IMG/VR virus record: IMGVR_UViG_2928424016_000001
Coordinates: 20,398 to 84,397 of that record
Source of the DNA: a virus
Taxonomy: Duplodnaviria > Caudoviricetes
Direction: 5' to 3' (one strand)
Length of the DNA: 64,000 bases
Under the pieces are notes generated by a model. It made no database searches. It worked only from the letters and a program-made list of their open reading frames with translations, and was not told where the DNA came from. Each line of letters begins with the position of its first letter. Within the stretch, counting starts at the first letter, position 1. Position numbers and translations under genes: made by a program. Shown in pieces: positions 25,953 to 35,622 of the stretch.

Positions 25953-26797
25953 TGGCTACGCTCAAGAGCCTACCTTTATCGTCGATCGCCATAGGCGAAC
26001 GCGCCCGGCCGGTTGACCTGGAGCATGCAGCCGCGATTGCTGGCAGCATGGTGGATCGAGGACTGATCAACCCAATCACGGTTCGCAACACCCCGGCTGC
26101 CAACGGCGGCAAGACGCCTTACACGCTGATCGCAGGCGGCCACCGCCTGGAAGCCGCCCGGATGAACGGGTGGGAAGAAATCGACGCCATTGTGCTGACG
26201 GCTGACAGCGCCGAGGCGCAGTTGATAGAGATTTCCGAAAACCTCTATCGCAATGAGCTGTCCGCTCTTGATCGCGGCCTCTTCGTCACGAAATATCGCG
26301 AAATTTATGAGGAAAAACACGGGAAAGTGGAGCGCGGAGGCGACAGAAAATCAAAGTCCAACGATTGGACTTTGATTTTCGCCCCCGGCAAGGAACTATC
26401 CGAGCGCGTTCAAGAGCGCCTCGGGATTGGCCGGAGCACATATTTCAACCTGACCCTGATCGGTCAAAAACTGGACCCCGCCTTGCGTCAGGCGGTGCGC
26501 GGCACGGCAGCCGAGTACGACCAGAAAAAGCTCCTAAAGCTCGCCAAGCTCTCCCGTGACGAGCAGGTCAAGGTTGCGGCTGCCCTGCGTGAAGACAAGA
26601 ACGTCGATGTTGTCTTCGAATGGCTGAAGGGGCCGAAGGCCACACCGCCTGCAGAGAGCGTCCAGGCTGGCATTTTGAAGAAGCTGTTGGCTGCCTGGGA
26701 TGATGCCTCGCCTGAAACCCGCGACGATTTCCTGCAACAGATCGGAATGGCTGGCTCTGACGCCTTGATGCAGCAGATCCGCGAGGAGGCAGCATGA
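25952..26797 (+). CDS. ParB-like N-terminal domain protein
   Basis: GLINPITVR...YTLIAGGHRLEAA...EISENLYRNELS. Confidence 0.85.
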   Translation: MATLKSLPLSSIAIGERARPVDLEHAAAIAGSMVDRGLINPITVRNTPAANGGKTPYTLIAGGHRLEAARMNGWEEIDAIVLTADSAEAQLIEISENLYRNELSALDRGLFVTKYREIYEEKHGKVERGGDRKSKSNDWTLIFAPGKELSERVQERLGIGRSTYFNLTLIGQKLDPALRQAVRGTAAEYDQKKLLKLAKLSRDEQVKVAAALREDKNVDVVFEWLKGPKATPPAESVQAGILKKLLAAWDDASPETRDDFLQQIGMAGSDALMQQIREEAA

Positions 26798-27252
26798 AGC
26801 CGTCTTCCTCACAACTCGATCTGTTCATTGAACAGGCGTTTCCGGTTCGCATGGCTGCGGAACGGATCGACATTGATCGGTTCCGCGCTCGTTTGAAGCG
26901 GGCGATGACCCGCGCCATCCGCGAGTGCCCCTACGATCGTCCGACCATTGCCGCTCGTATGGCGCATTATCTGGGACTGCCGAACGTTTCGAAGTCGGCG
27001 CTCGATGCCTATACGGCAGAGAGCAAGACCAGCCACGACATTAGCTTGGTTCGCTTCAAGGCGTTCGTCCGTGCCACCGGCGCGGTTTGGCTTTGGGATG
27101 TGGTCGTGTCCGACGACGGATTGCTGCTCCTGCAGGGTGACGAAGCGCGCCTCGCGGAGATTGCCTATCGGCAGCAGAAGATCCGCGAAGAGCAGGCCCA
27201 GCTGAAGGCATTGCTGGCGACCCCGGTGACGATCAAGCGGGGGCGCAAATGA
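26794..27252 (+). CDS. conserved Mu-like early hypothetical (probable DNA-binding)
   Basis: R..IAARM..YLG..VS...LDAYTAES motif. Confidence 0.65.
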   Translation: MKPSSSQLDLFIEQAFPVRMAAERIDIDRFRARLKRAMTRAIRECPYDRPTIAARMAHYLGLPNVSKSALDAYTAESKTSHDISLVRFKAFVRATGAVWLWDVVVSDDGLLLLQGDEARLAEIAYRQQKIREEQAQLKALLATPVTIKRGRK

Positions 27253-27482
27253 CGCTCAAGAAAATTTCCATCATCGGACAGATTGCCGAGATCGAACGCG
27301 AGATTGCCCAGCGGCAGCAGCAGTATCCCCGTCTCGTCCGTGAGGGGAAGATGCGTGAGGAAGAGCGCGTCATGCTGATGGACCGCATCCTTGCGGTTCG
27401 GGCCACGCTGATGTTCTGCCGTGCGCATGAAGCCGATATCCGGGCGTTCATCGCCGCCAAGAAGGCCGGGGTGTCGGCATGA
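27249..27482 (+). CDS. hypothetical early protein
   Basis: coupled ORF; QIAEIEREI.QR...YPRLV. Confidence 0.65.
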   Translation: MTLKKISIIGQIAEIEREIAQRQQQYPRLVREGKMREEERVMLMDRILAVRATLMFCRAHEADIRAFIAAKKAGVSA

Positions 27483-29479
27483 AGGAATGGTTCACCCTTT
27501 CCGAATTGGTTGCCGCCCGGCTGCCTGACATGCCGGCCAGCATTGACGGCTATGATCGGCTTGTCTCCCGCCAGGGCTGGCGCGCATCACCGATGAAGTA
27601 TCGCAAGGCCAGCGGTGCCAAGGGCGGTGGTGGCTATGAATACCATTATTCGCTTCTGCCGAACGCCGCCCGTCAGAAACTGGCGTTCCTGCACACGGAG
27701 ATCGAACCGCAGCGCAATTCGGCTTCAAAGGCGATTTGGGCGAAGTTTGAAGCGCTGACGAACGAACATAAGGCCATCTGCCGCAGCCGGCTGAACATCA
27801 TTCTCGAAGTCGAGCAGCTGCAGGCCTCCGGTATCAGCGCCATGGATGCGCTGACGCATGCCTGCAGGAAGGCCGGGATCAGCAAAGCCACCTTTTACGG
27901 GTGGCGCAAGATGCTCGCCGGTCACGCGCGCCAGGACTGGCTGGCCGCTCTGGCGCCGAGTTTTTCGGCTGCGGCAGATGGCGTGGTCAGCAGGGTTGCT
28001 GAATGCCATCCGGAGGCGTGGGCGGTACTCTGCTCCGACTATCTCCGGGCGGAGGAGCCGAAGTTCTCAGCCTGCTACCGGCGCATGATGTCGACGGCAA
28101 AGAAAAAGGGCTGGGCTCCAATCCCTTCCGAGCGGACCCTGCGCCGCCGGCTCGACCAGGAAGTGCCGGAGGCCGTGCAGACCCTCGCCCGCAAGGGCAA
28201 GGACGCCGCCAAGAAGCTATTCCCGGCTCAGCGTCGATCCGTTTCGCACCTGATGGCGATGCAGATCGTCAATACCGACGGCCACAAGCTGGACCTTCGG
28301 GTGCAGATGCCAAACCGGACGGAAGTAACCCGCATTTTCCTGATGGCCATGCAGGACGTCTACAGCCGCAAGATCCTGTCCTGGGTTCTAACCGAAGCTG
28401 AGACCTGGGAGGCGGTGCGGACGATCATCGGCAACATGATCGAGCAGCACGGCATCCCGGAGCATCTCTACATGGACAACGGCCGGGCTTTTGCGTCGAA
28501 GAAGATCTCCGGCGGAGCCAAGAGCCGCCATCGTTTCAAGATCACGGAAGACGAGGTTGCCGGTCTGCTGACGACGCTCGGCATCGAGCCGCATTTCGTG
28601 ACACCCTACAGCGGCCAGTCCAAACCGATCGAGCGCGGCTGGGGCGATTTGGCCGAAGAGATCTGCAAACACCCTGCCATGGCCGGCTGCTATACCGGCC
28701 GCAGCACACAGCACAAGCCGCACAACTACGGTCAGCGGGCCGTCCCGTTCGACGAGCTGGAAGCACACGTCGCGATGTGTATCGACGAGCACAACGCCCG
28801 CGTCGGCCGCCGCACGGAGACCGCGAAGGGGCGGAGCTTCGACGAGGTCTTTGCCGAAAGCATGGCAGATCCGGCGAACCTCGTTCGGTTCGCGTCCGAG
28901 GCGCAACGGTCGCTCTGGATGCTGACCGCCGAGACGATTTCGGCCCGCAAACCCGACGGCTCGATCCACCTTTACGGAAACCGTTACTGGCATCTGGCAC
29001 TCAACAACTGGATCGGCAAGAAGCTCACCGTGCGCTTCGATCCGTCCAACCTGCATGGCGCCGTCAAGGTCTACGATCCCCAAGGGCGGTTGATCTGTGA
29101 TGCGGCCTGCGTTGAGGACACCGGATTCGATTGCCAGAACGCTGCCCGCGACATCGCACGCGCCCGCAAGACCAAGCAGAACGCCGACAAAGCGGCTCTC
29201 GATAGCGCACGGCGTCTGTCTGACCTGCAGCTGAAGGAACTGATGGGACGGACCCGCGACAAGCCTGCACCGGCAAAGCCCAGCCGCCCCGTCGTCACCC
29301 GACTGATCACGCGCACGCCTGTGGCGGTTGCTCAACCAGAGCCGGAGATCATCGACGACAGGCAGTTTGAAGAGAATTTCGCACGAGGTCTCGCCCGCAT
29401 CGCGGGCGGAGAGGGGGCGATTATCGAATTCCCGCAGGGGGATAAAACGACGGCGGGCCGTCGCGCACGCCGGAAATGA
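27479..29479 (+). CDS. Mu-like DDE transposase A
   Basis: N-terminal Mu DNA-binding domain; NTDGH, YMDNGRAF, KPIER catalytic motifs; Mu-transposase C-terminus. Confidence 0.95.
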   Translation: MKEWFTLSELVAARLPDMPASIDGYDRLVSRQGWRASPMKYRKASGAKGGGGYEYHYSLLPNAARQKLAFLHTEIEPQRNSASKAIWAKFEALTNEHKAICRSRLNIILEVEQLQASGISAMDALTHACRKAGISKATFYGWRKMLAGHARQDWLAALAPSFSAAADGVVSRVAECHPEAWAVLCSDYLRAEEPKFSACYRRMMSTAKKKGWAPIPSERTLRRRLDQEVPEAVQTLARKGKDAAKKLFPAQRRSVSHLMAMQIVNTDGHKLDLRVQMPNRTEVTRIFLMAMQDVYSRKILSWVLTEAETWEAVRTIIGNMIEQHGIPEHLYMDNGRAFASKKISGGAKSRHRFKITEDEVAGLLTTLGIEPHFVTPYSGQSKPIERGWGDLAEEICKHPAMAGCYTGRSTQHKPHNYGQRAVPFDELEAHVAMCIDEHNARVGRRTETAKGRSFDEVFAESMADPANLVRFASEAQRSLWMLTAETISARKPDGSIHLYGNRYWHLALNNWIGKKLTVRFDPSNLHGAVKVYDPQGRLICDAACVEDTGFDCQNAARDIARARKTKQNADKAALDSARRLSDLQLKELMGRTRDKPAPAKPSRPVVTRLITRTPVAVAQPEPEIIDDRQFEENFARGLARIAGGEGAIIEFPQGDKTTAGRRARRK

Positions 29480-29491
29480 CACTGACCCGCA

Positions 29492-30580
29492 ATGTGGTCG
29501 GCAAATCAAAAAAAAGAGCGTGCAAATGCACGCCCAAGCCAAACAGGGGCAAAGTACATGAAAAAACCAATGAGCACAAACGGCGGCTGGGACTTTCCAA
29601 ATCCGTCCGCCGAGTTTTTGGCCAAACATTCGGGGGATGACGTTGAGACCTGGCGCAGTTTAGTGGCGCAGGTGATTGAGGCAGCCAATGCAGGCGGCTT
29701 TACCAAGGCGGACGTTGCGCGCCGCGCTGGTGTCGCAGAGGGAACGTTCAGCCAGTGGGCTTCGGGAAAATATCCCGGTGTCCTCGCCAATGTGAATGCG
29801 CAGGTCAGCAAGTGGCTGGATGCTCTGGAGCAAAGCGCCAGTCTGTCTGCTGCCATGCCGACGTCACCGGATTTCGTGAAAACCAGCACCGGCGTGGATG
29901 TCTACAATGTGCTGCTCTACGCGCAGGTGACTGGCGGCTTTACCATCATCACGCTGCCCAGCGGTTTCGGCAAAACCACGGCAGCGCGGCAGTTTTGCCG
30001 GACCAGGCCGCACGCATGGATGGCTACGATATCGCCGCATACCAAGACCGTGCATGGGATGCTGATCGAACTGGCCTCTGAACTGGAGGTACTGGAACAC
30101 AATCCGGCGCGATTGGTCCGGGCAATTGGACGTAAGTTGAACCGGGTGGGAGAGGGTTCGCTCCTCATCATCGACGAGGCGCAAAACCTGTTGCCTGAGG
30201 CGGTAAACCAGCTTCGACATTTCGTAGATGTCTACAAATGCGGTGTTTGCCTGATGGGTAACGAGGAGACCGCTGTCGCCTTCGTAAAGGATAAGGGCAC
30301 CGTCAGCAGCAGGGCACAGGTCGCCACCCGTATCGACCGTCGACTGACGGGCGGCACGCACAATCCGCAGGACGCAACGGCACTGATTGCTGCCTGGAGC
30401 ATTACCGACCCCGATTGCGTGCGGTTCCTGCAAAACGTGGCGACCAAGCCCGGATCTTTGCGCAACATCGACCGCACGATCAAGGCGGCGCAGATGTTGG
30501 CCCTTGGCGACGATGCGGATCTGGCGCTGACGCATCTGACGGCAGCATGGCGCAACCGCAATATCGGAGATCTCGCATGA
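29492..30580 (+). CDS. MuB-like AAA+ transposition ATPase
   Basis: HTH, Walker A SGFGKT, Walker B LLIIDEAQ; real start may be 29558. Confidence 0.92.
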   Translation: MWSANQKKERANARPSQTGAKYMKKPMSTNGGWDFPNPSAEFLAKHSGDDVETWRSLVAQVIEAANAGGFTKADVARRAGVAEGTFSQWASGKYPGVLANVNAQVSKWLDALEQSASLSAAMPTSPDFVKTSTGVDVYNVLLYAQVTGGFTIITLPSGFGKTTAARQFCRTRPHAWMATISPHTKTVHGMLIELASELEVLEHNPARLVRAIGRKLNRVGEGSLLIIDEAQNLLPEAVNQLRHFVDVYKCGVCLMGNEETAVAFVKDKGTVSSRAQVATRIDRRLTGGTHNPQDATALIAAWSITDPDCVRFLQNVATKPGSLRNIDRTIKAAQMLALGDDADLALTHLTAAWRNRNIGDLA

Positions 30581-30882
30581 GGTCTCTGAAACTATCCGAC
30601 GCGCTCGGCCAGCTCATGGATAATTTCCAGTGCTTTGCGGATTTGCCGGGTGGCGCGATCGCCACCATCGACGGAGACGATGCTCGCCAATTTTATGCCG
30701 TGTTGCGCAGCATGCGAGCCATGGCGCTCAACATGGAGATCGAACTGGATTGCCATCGTGACATCGAGGCAAGCCGGGATCGCCGCGAAGCCGCTGATGC
30801 CGAAGCCACCAAGGCGCTGGGTGATCTGCTGGTCGAGGCTGGTGGCAAGATCTTGCGCCCCGATTTTCGGGGGCGGACATGA
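30577..30882 (+). CDS. hypothetical early protein
   Basis: ATGA overlap with ATPase stop. Confidence 0.65.
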   Translation: MRSLKLSDALGQLMDNFQCFADLPGGAIATIDGDDARQFYAVLRSMRAMALNMEIELDCHRDIEASRDRREAADAEATKALGDLLVEAGGKILRPDFRGRT

Positions 30883-31187
30883 CGAATATCCCGAAAGCAT
30901 CTGACCTGCTCCGACTGGTCTGTGACCGGATCATTGAGCAACGGCAGACGGGCCTCTCCCTGACACCCGGAGCGACAGTGGCGTTCGCCACCAACCTGCG
31001 GACAGTGCACGAATTGGTGCTGCAGTTGGAAGAAGAGGTGGAAATTCTCGAAGAGCAGGTGCGCGTCATACAGACGCGCACGGCAGCCCCTGCCGCCCAG
31101 GACCCGCTGACCAGCAATGTCGTGCCACTGCCGCGCCGTCGCCGGTTCGCGGTCGTGCCTCCGTCGGATGGAGGTGATGCGGCATGA
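30879..31187 (+). CDS. hypothetical early protein
   Basis: coupled; coiled-coil segment. Confidence 0.65.
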   Translation: MTNIPKASDLLRLVCDRIIEQRQTGLSLTPGATVAFATNLRTVHELVLQLEEEVEILEEQVRVIQTRTAAPAAQDPLTSNVVPLPRRRRFAVVPPSDGGDAA

Positions 31188-31465
31188 AAAAGCTCGTCGT
31201 ACCCGTCGAGATCCCGGTGGATCAGTTGGTCGAGGCTATCGGCCCCCCTGTCATCAAGGCTCTGCGGGCGGCTGAGCGTGAAGAAGAGGCGGCGGCTCTG
31301 CACCGCCCTCCCATGCAGGCACTGACGCACGCAGCCCGTGCCCTTTGGCACGCGCTGAACCGCTACGAAACCAGCCAGGGGACACGCGATGAAAAGCGTG
31401 CGCTGAACGCTCTCCTGGCTGCCTCAAAGGGCGTTCGAAACGCCATCAAAACCATCAAGGAATAG
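31184..31465 (+). CDS. hypothetical early protein
   Basis: coupled; GGAGG RBS. Confidence 0.65.
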   Translation: MKKLVVPVEIPVDQLVEAIGPPVIKALRAAEREEEAAALHRPPMQALTHAARALWHALNRYETSQGTRDEKRALNALLAASKGVRNAIKTIKE

Positions 31466-31470
31466 AAAAA

Positions 31471-32124
31471 ATGGAAGCTGTCATTCTCGAAGAGACCCGT
31501 AGCGACGGGATCACCATCATCAGCGGCCGTCCGTTCATGGAAGATGCCAAGGGCAATCTTCTACCGGTCGGCAATATCAAGCCGGAAGACAAGCTGCAGG
31601 ACGAAACCGTCCGCAAGATCATGAAATACGCCATGGAGCTTTCGGCGCAGGTCGCCCGGTTTCGCGGTCATACCGTTGCCGATCTCGGCGCATTCGATGC
31701 GCTGCTCGCCCAGGAATACGGCGCAAAGATCGGGGGCCAGAAGGGCAACCGCACCTATCAGACCATCGACGGCAAGATGAAGGTGGTGGTGCAGGTGGCT
31801 GATCAGATCAGCTTCGGTCCGCAGTTGCAGATCGCCAAGGGGCTGATCGACGAGTGCCTGGTGGAGTGGTCGGCCGAGAGCCGCCCGGAGATCCAGGCCA
31901 TCGTCACCCGCGCCTTCAACACCGACAAGGAAGGCCAGATCAACAAGTCTGAACTGTTCATGCTGCTGCGCCTCGACATCGAAGACGAGCGCTGGAACCG
32001 CGCGATGGAGGCGATCCGCAACTCGATCACCGTCACGGGCTCCAAGGAGTATGTCCGGTTCTACACCCGCCAGAGCGCTGCCGATGCCTGGCAGGCCGTG
32101 ACCATCGATCTGGCCAAGGCATGA
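31471..32124 (+). CDS. DUF3164-family protein
   Basis: MEDAKG.L.P...IKP.D.L.D, YG...GG.KGN, AF..DKEGQIN...L..L.RL.I.D.RW..AM.AI. Confidence 0.85.
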   Translation: MEAVILEETRSDGITIISGRPFMEDAKGNLLPVGNIKPEDKLQDETVRKIMKYAMELSAQVARFRGHTVADLGAFDALLAQEYGAKIGGQKGNRTYQTIDGKMKVVVQVADQISFGPQLQIAKGLIDECLVEWSAESRPEIQAIVTRAFNTDKEGQINKSELFMLLRLDIEDERWNRAMEAIRNSITVTGSKEYVRFYTRQSAADAWQAVTIDLAKA

Positions 32125-32423
32125 GGAGAATGGCGATGACGAAAAGATTTGTCTTTAACGTGACGACGCGGGTGGCCGTTTACATCGAGCCTGAGAAGCT
32201 TGCTCCCCTCATGCCTGAATTTAACGCCTCGATCTCCGATTTTGGCGATGGCGAAGATGCCTTGGAGCGTCATGCAGAACACATTGCACAGTTGGCGGCT
32301 CACGGCGTGTGCGACTTCAATCCCAATGATTTCGTTGAAGGATATGGCATCGTGAAGGACGCAGGGATTGATGTCATTGTCACGAACGACGTCATCTGCG
32401 AGCGTTTAGGAGGTGCAGCATGA
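32121..32423 (+). CDS. hypothetical protein
   Basis: coupled ORF. Confidence 0.65.
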   Translation: MRRMAMTKRFVFNVTTRVAVYIEPEKLAPLMPEFNASISDFGDGEDALERHAEHIAQLAAHGVCDFNPNDFVEGYGIVKDAGIDVIVTNDVICERLGGAA

Positions 32424-32689
32424 ACCACCTTTACGCTCGACTGAAAGCGGAGACGACTTGCCCCGTTTGCGGCTCGCCCGTTATGCCCATCACCCAACAG
32501 CAGGAACAGCTGCACATCGTTCGCTACCAGTGCAGCGCTGTTTTCGGGGTGAGCGACATCCTGCAGGTCGTCAACATCTACGATCCGTGCCCAACGCCTT
32601 CCCAGGTGGCTGCCAGCCATCTGATGACTGAGGCCGAATTGGCAGCTGAAAATCAGCATGAGCAGTCTCGTCAGGAGGTCGTTCTTTGA
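32420..32689 (+). CDS. Zn-ribbon-like hypothetical protein
   Basis: CPVCG...C...C pattern. Confidence 0.55.
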   Translation: MNHLYARLKAETTCPVCGSPVMPITQQQEQLHIVRYQCSAVFGVSDILQVVNIYDPCPTPSQVAASHLMTEAELAAENQHEQSRQEVVL

Positions 32690-32886
32690 TGAGTACGATC
32701 TATCTCTGCGAGGCATCTCGCCTGAAGAAGTATTCCGCCGCTGTGAAGGGCTCCCAGGCTGTCGTCACAATCGAAATCTCGGTTTCCGACCACGGCTCCC
32801 TTGGGTTCCTCCTGGAAGAACTTTCCAAAATTGAAAAAGCACAGAAGGCATGCGGCCTGACGCCGCCTAAGCCGACGAAGCCGTGA
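32686..32886 (+). CDS. hypothetical protein
   Basis: GGAGG RBS, coupled. Confidence 0.6.
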   Translation: MMSTIYLCEASRLKKYSAAVKGSQAVVTIEISVSDHGSLGFLLEELSKIEKAQKACGLTPPKPTKP

Positions 32887-32897
32887 AAGGATCCCCT

Positions 32898-33545
32898 ATG
32901 ACATCCTCCATCGCAGCTATCCACGTCGCCAAGAAGCAGCTCGGCCTGGACGACGACACTTATCGCGCCAAGCTCGAAAAGATCACCGGCAAGGCCTCGG
33001 TCAAGCTGATGACCGAGGCCGAGCGCCAGACGGTGCTGACGGTGTTTCGCAACGAAGGCTTCGCGCCGGCTCCGGCCGGCGCAGGCAAACGCAAGTCGCT
33101 GACCGGAAAATTCGCCAAGAAGCTCCAGGCGCTCTGGATTGCGGGCTGGAACCTCGGTGTTGTCGAGAACCGTGACGATGCCGCGCTGCTCGCCTTCGTC
33201 ACCCGGCAGACCGGGCTGGACCATGTCCGCTTTCTCCACCATGCCGACGATGCCCGCTCGGCCATCGAAGGCCTGAAGCGGTGGCTGGCGCGCGAGGCGG
33301 GCGTTAGCTTCGGGAATAACAACGGCTATGACTGGCTGTCGAGCGACGGGGCGAAGATCGCCTGGGCGCAGTGGAGGATCCTCTATCCCGGCTGCAGCCT
33401 GATCGTCCGTCAGGGTTTTGACCAGGAGGTGATGGCGCTTGCCGGTGATGACGTTCGGTGGATCGGGGATCTAACAGCCAGACACTGGCAGTTGGTAATG
33501 AACGCATTCGGTGAACGGGTTCGAGCGAGGAAGGGCGGTGCTTGA
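32898..33545 (+). CDS. gemA: GemA/gp16 (DUF1018) family protein
   Basis: IAAIHVAKKQLGLDDDTYRA.L..ITGK.S..., K.L.ALW. Confidence 0.9.
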   Translation: MTSSIAAIHVAKKQLGLDDDTYRAKLEKITGKASVKLMTEAERQTVLTVFRNEGFAPAPAGAGKRKSLTGKFAKKLQALWIAGWNLGVVENRDDAALLAFVTRQTGLDHVRFLHHADDARSAIEGLKRWLAREAGVSFGNNNGYDWLSSDGAKIAWAQWRILYPGCSLIVRQGFDQEVMALAGDDVRWIGDLTARHWQLVMNAFGERVRARKGGA

Positions 33546-33577
33546 TGCTTGGAGACCCCATGCTCGCGCAGTTTGCG

Positions 33578-34126
33578 TCACCATCCGTGCTTAGGAGGTT
33601 CTATAATCGTGGACCCGTAACCAAGGTAAACGGTGCGGTCTCCATCCAGCAGAAACTCTCCGCGCACACCGAATTCGACCGGACGTCTCGGAACTTCACT
33701 TTGCCAGCTGCAGCAGAAGGTCAAACCAACTTTCTCTGGCTGCATGTTCGGGCCACAGCCGGCGAGGCGCAACGGTATGTCAAATCTATGGGCGCGGTTT
33801 CTGGAAGCTCTAAGCAGGGAAATTATTGCGCTAGCAGTATCCTTTCCATCCTCAAACACGATGATGCCCTCACGATAATCAAGCGCCAGTTCATGGATCA
33901 ACATCGGCCGACGATTATGATTCACGATCTCAATTACAATGGTGGCGTGAGAAGTAAATTCTTCGAAATCCCGTTGATAAACAGAGAAGGACGGAGGGAT
34001 ATCGCCGAGGACCGCGTCTGCTTGGCGCTTTGCTTGACGGGCAGAGTGAAGTGCAAAAGCTGCAGAAAGCAATGCGAACAATGCAGATGCTGCGGAAATC
34101 AGCAGATCGGGTTTAAGTTCAATCAT
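33578..34126 (-). CDS. antisense low-GC moron, N-terminal membrane anchor
   Basis: AGGGAA RBS; LLISAASALFALLSAAFAL hydrophobic helix. Confidence 0.7.
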   Translation of the reverse strand: MIELKPDLLISAASALFALLSAAFALHSARQAKRQADAVLGDIPPSFSVYQRDFEEFTSHATIVIEIVNHNRRPMLIHELALDYREGIIVFEDGKDTASAIISLLRASRNRAHRFDIPLRLAGCGPNMQPEKVGLTFCCSWQSEVPRRPVEFGVRGEFLLDGDRTVYLGYGSTIIEPPKHGW

Positions 34127-34284
34127 TTCCCTGGTTTCCAAACATCTAAAGCTGTTGCCTATGATCCAGGCGCACAGCTTAAGCATAACCTCGCTCAACC
34201 CAAAGCCAAGGCTGTGGATAGGTACAGATCTCCCACAGACTCTAATCCTTCTATTTTTTCAGCAACAAGCGGAAAGGTGGATTC

Positions 34285-34725
34285 GTGATGGTCGCCTATG
34301 GCTTTAAATCATTTTTCGCCCCACAGATCGAGGACGGTACCAAGACCCACACGATCAGGGGCTATCGCCGCCGCCATGCCCATGTCGGCGAGCCTATCCA
34401 ACTGTATCAGGGGATGCGGACACGCTACTGCCGGGCGATCATAGAGGACCCCGTCTGCATTGCGGTGTTGCCGATCGTGATCATGTCGACAGATCTGATA
34501 GATGCCGGCATTGCCTACATTGCCATCGATGGGCAGCCGCTGCATCGGGACGAGATCGAGCCTTTCGCCGCCTCAGACGGGTTTGATCCGTTGCGCCTGG
34601 CTGGCCATGCGCCGGCCAAGCTGATAGGCGCGACGGCACGCGAAACCATGGGGCGTTTCTGGCGGCAGAGCTATGGCCAAAGTGTCTTCCAAGGCGTTCT
34701 TATAAAGTGGGAGCCGCGCCCATGA
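34285..34725 (+). CDS. ASCH/PUA-like domain protein
   Basis: F...I..G.KT.TIR.......G..IQLY.GMRT. Confidence 0.75.
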   Translation: MMVAYGFKSFFAPQIEDGTKTHTIRGYRRRHAHVGEPIQLYQGMRTRYCRAIIEDPVCIAVLPIVIMSTDLIDAGIAYIAIDGQPLHRDEIEPFAASDGFDPLRLAGHAPAKLIGATARETMGRFWRQSYGQSVFQGVLIKWEPRP

Positions 34726-34976
34726 GGAAGCCTCCCGCCAACCCAATGCCGGAAACCGGCTTCACCATTGCCGTCGTCACCGACCATGCTGTTCTTCGCT
34801 TCCTGGAGCGCAGGCACGGCATTGATGTCGAGGCGATCCGCGCAGAGATCCGCGACTTGTGCACCACCGGCGTCCGCTTTGGCGCTGCCAAGGTGATCGC
34901 GGATGGGATGAAGTTTGTCATCCAGGACCAAGATGTCGTGACCTGCTTCCGTGTTCAGCAGGGCAAGAGGATCTGA
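34722..34976 (+). CDS. small protein with TDHAVLRFLER motif (RelE/BECR-like fold, inferred)
   Basis: HAxxRxxER motif and terminal VVT. Confidence 0.55.
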   Translation: MRKPPANPMPETGFTIAVVTDHAVLRFLERRHGIDVEAIRAEIRDLCTTGVRFGAAKVIADGMKFVIQDQDVVTCFRVQQGKRI

Positions 34977-35170
34977 TGATGACGCCCGCGCTGCCTCTTT
35001 TTCTCACGGACGATTTGAAGAGGCTGCGAGACCGGCGTGAAGCGCTTTTGAAGCGCCTTCAAACCATGCGCCCGCACGAGCGTGGCAGATATGAAAAACT
35101 CGGAGAATTGAAAGCCGTGACGAAGGAAATCCTGATCATCGAGCAGCAGTTGGAGGTGCGCCGTGGCTGA
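34976..35170 (+). CDS. hypothetical protein
   Basis: coupled helical ORF. Confidence 0.6.
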   Translation: MMTPALPLFLTDDLKRLRDRREALLKRLQTMRPHERGRYEKLGELKAVTKEILIIEQQLEVRRG

Positions 35171-35522
35171 GATCCGCGTGCCCGCCCATATCCAGCCGTA
35201 TGTGACGGCGATCGGCATCGAGCAGGCTATCGAATTCCTGCTCGCCTTCGGCGGCTCCTATGTCTATCTTTCGGAGAACCCTCAGAAGGGTTCGTCAGTC
35301 GCCGCAGAAATGGGGATGGACGCAGCTATGCGGTTGGCAGCAAAGGTCGGCTCTGGTGCTTTATACGTGCCGACAGCAAAGCCCTTTATCGCCAGCCATT
35401 TAAAGTATAATAAGGGCCTGAACACGAACGATATTGCCCGCAAGCTGCACACGACCCACAAGACAGTTAGCAAGTGGCTACGTTCCGGTGAAGCCAATCA
35501 ACTCGATCTCTTCGATTATTGA
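35163..35522 (+). CDS. mor: Mor/C-family late transcription activator
   Basis: IG......FL..FGG..VY motif plus C-terminal HTH IARKLH.T..TV..WL. Confidence 0.8.
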   Translation: MAEIRVPAHIQPYVTAIGIEQAIEFLLAFGGSYVYLSENPQKGSSVAAEMGMDAAMRLAAKVGSGALYVPTAKPFIASHLKYNKGLNTNDIARKLHTTHKTVSKWLRSGEANQLDLFDY

Positions 35523-35523
35523 C

Positions 35524-35546
35524 CCGGTCACCCTACCGGCTGTTTT
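35524..35546 (+). promoter_or_regulatory. B-type late promoter box (lysis/packaging operon)
   Basis: CCGGTCACCCTACCGGCTGTTTT, identical at 43060 and 54183. Confidence 0.75.
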
Positions 35547-35579
35547 GACACGCCCATAACGAGCAAATTCGATCTCAGC

Positions 35580-35604
35580 AAAGCCGGTCTTGCCCGGCTT
35601 TTTT
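35580..35604 (+). terminator. promoter-proximal terminator-like hairpin
   Basis: AAAGCCGG/CCGGCTTT stem plus T tract; similar at 54243. Confidence 0.45.
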
Positions 35605-35622
35605 CTTTCGCTGGGAACGATC

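Noticed and set aside
33542-34288. 248-aa plus-strand ORF
   Set aside because: No recognisable features; it overlaps the minus-strand gene that has an RBS and TM helix, so it is treated as a shadow.
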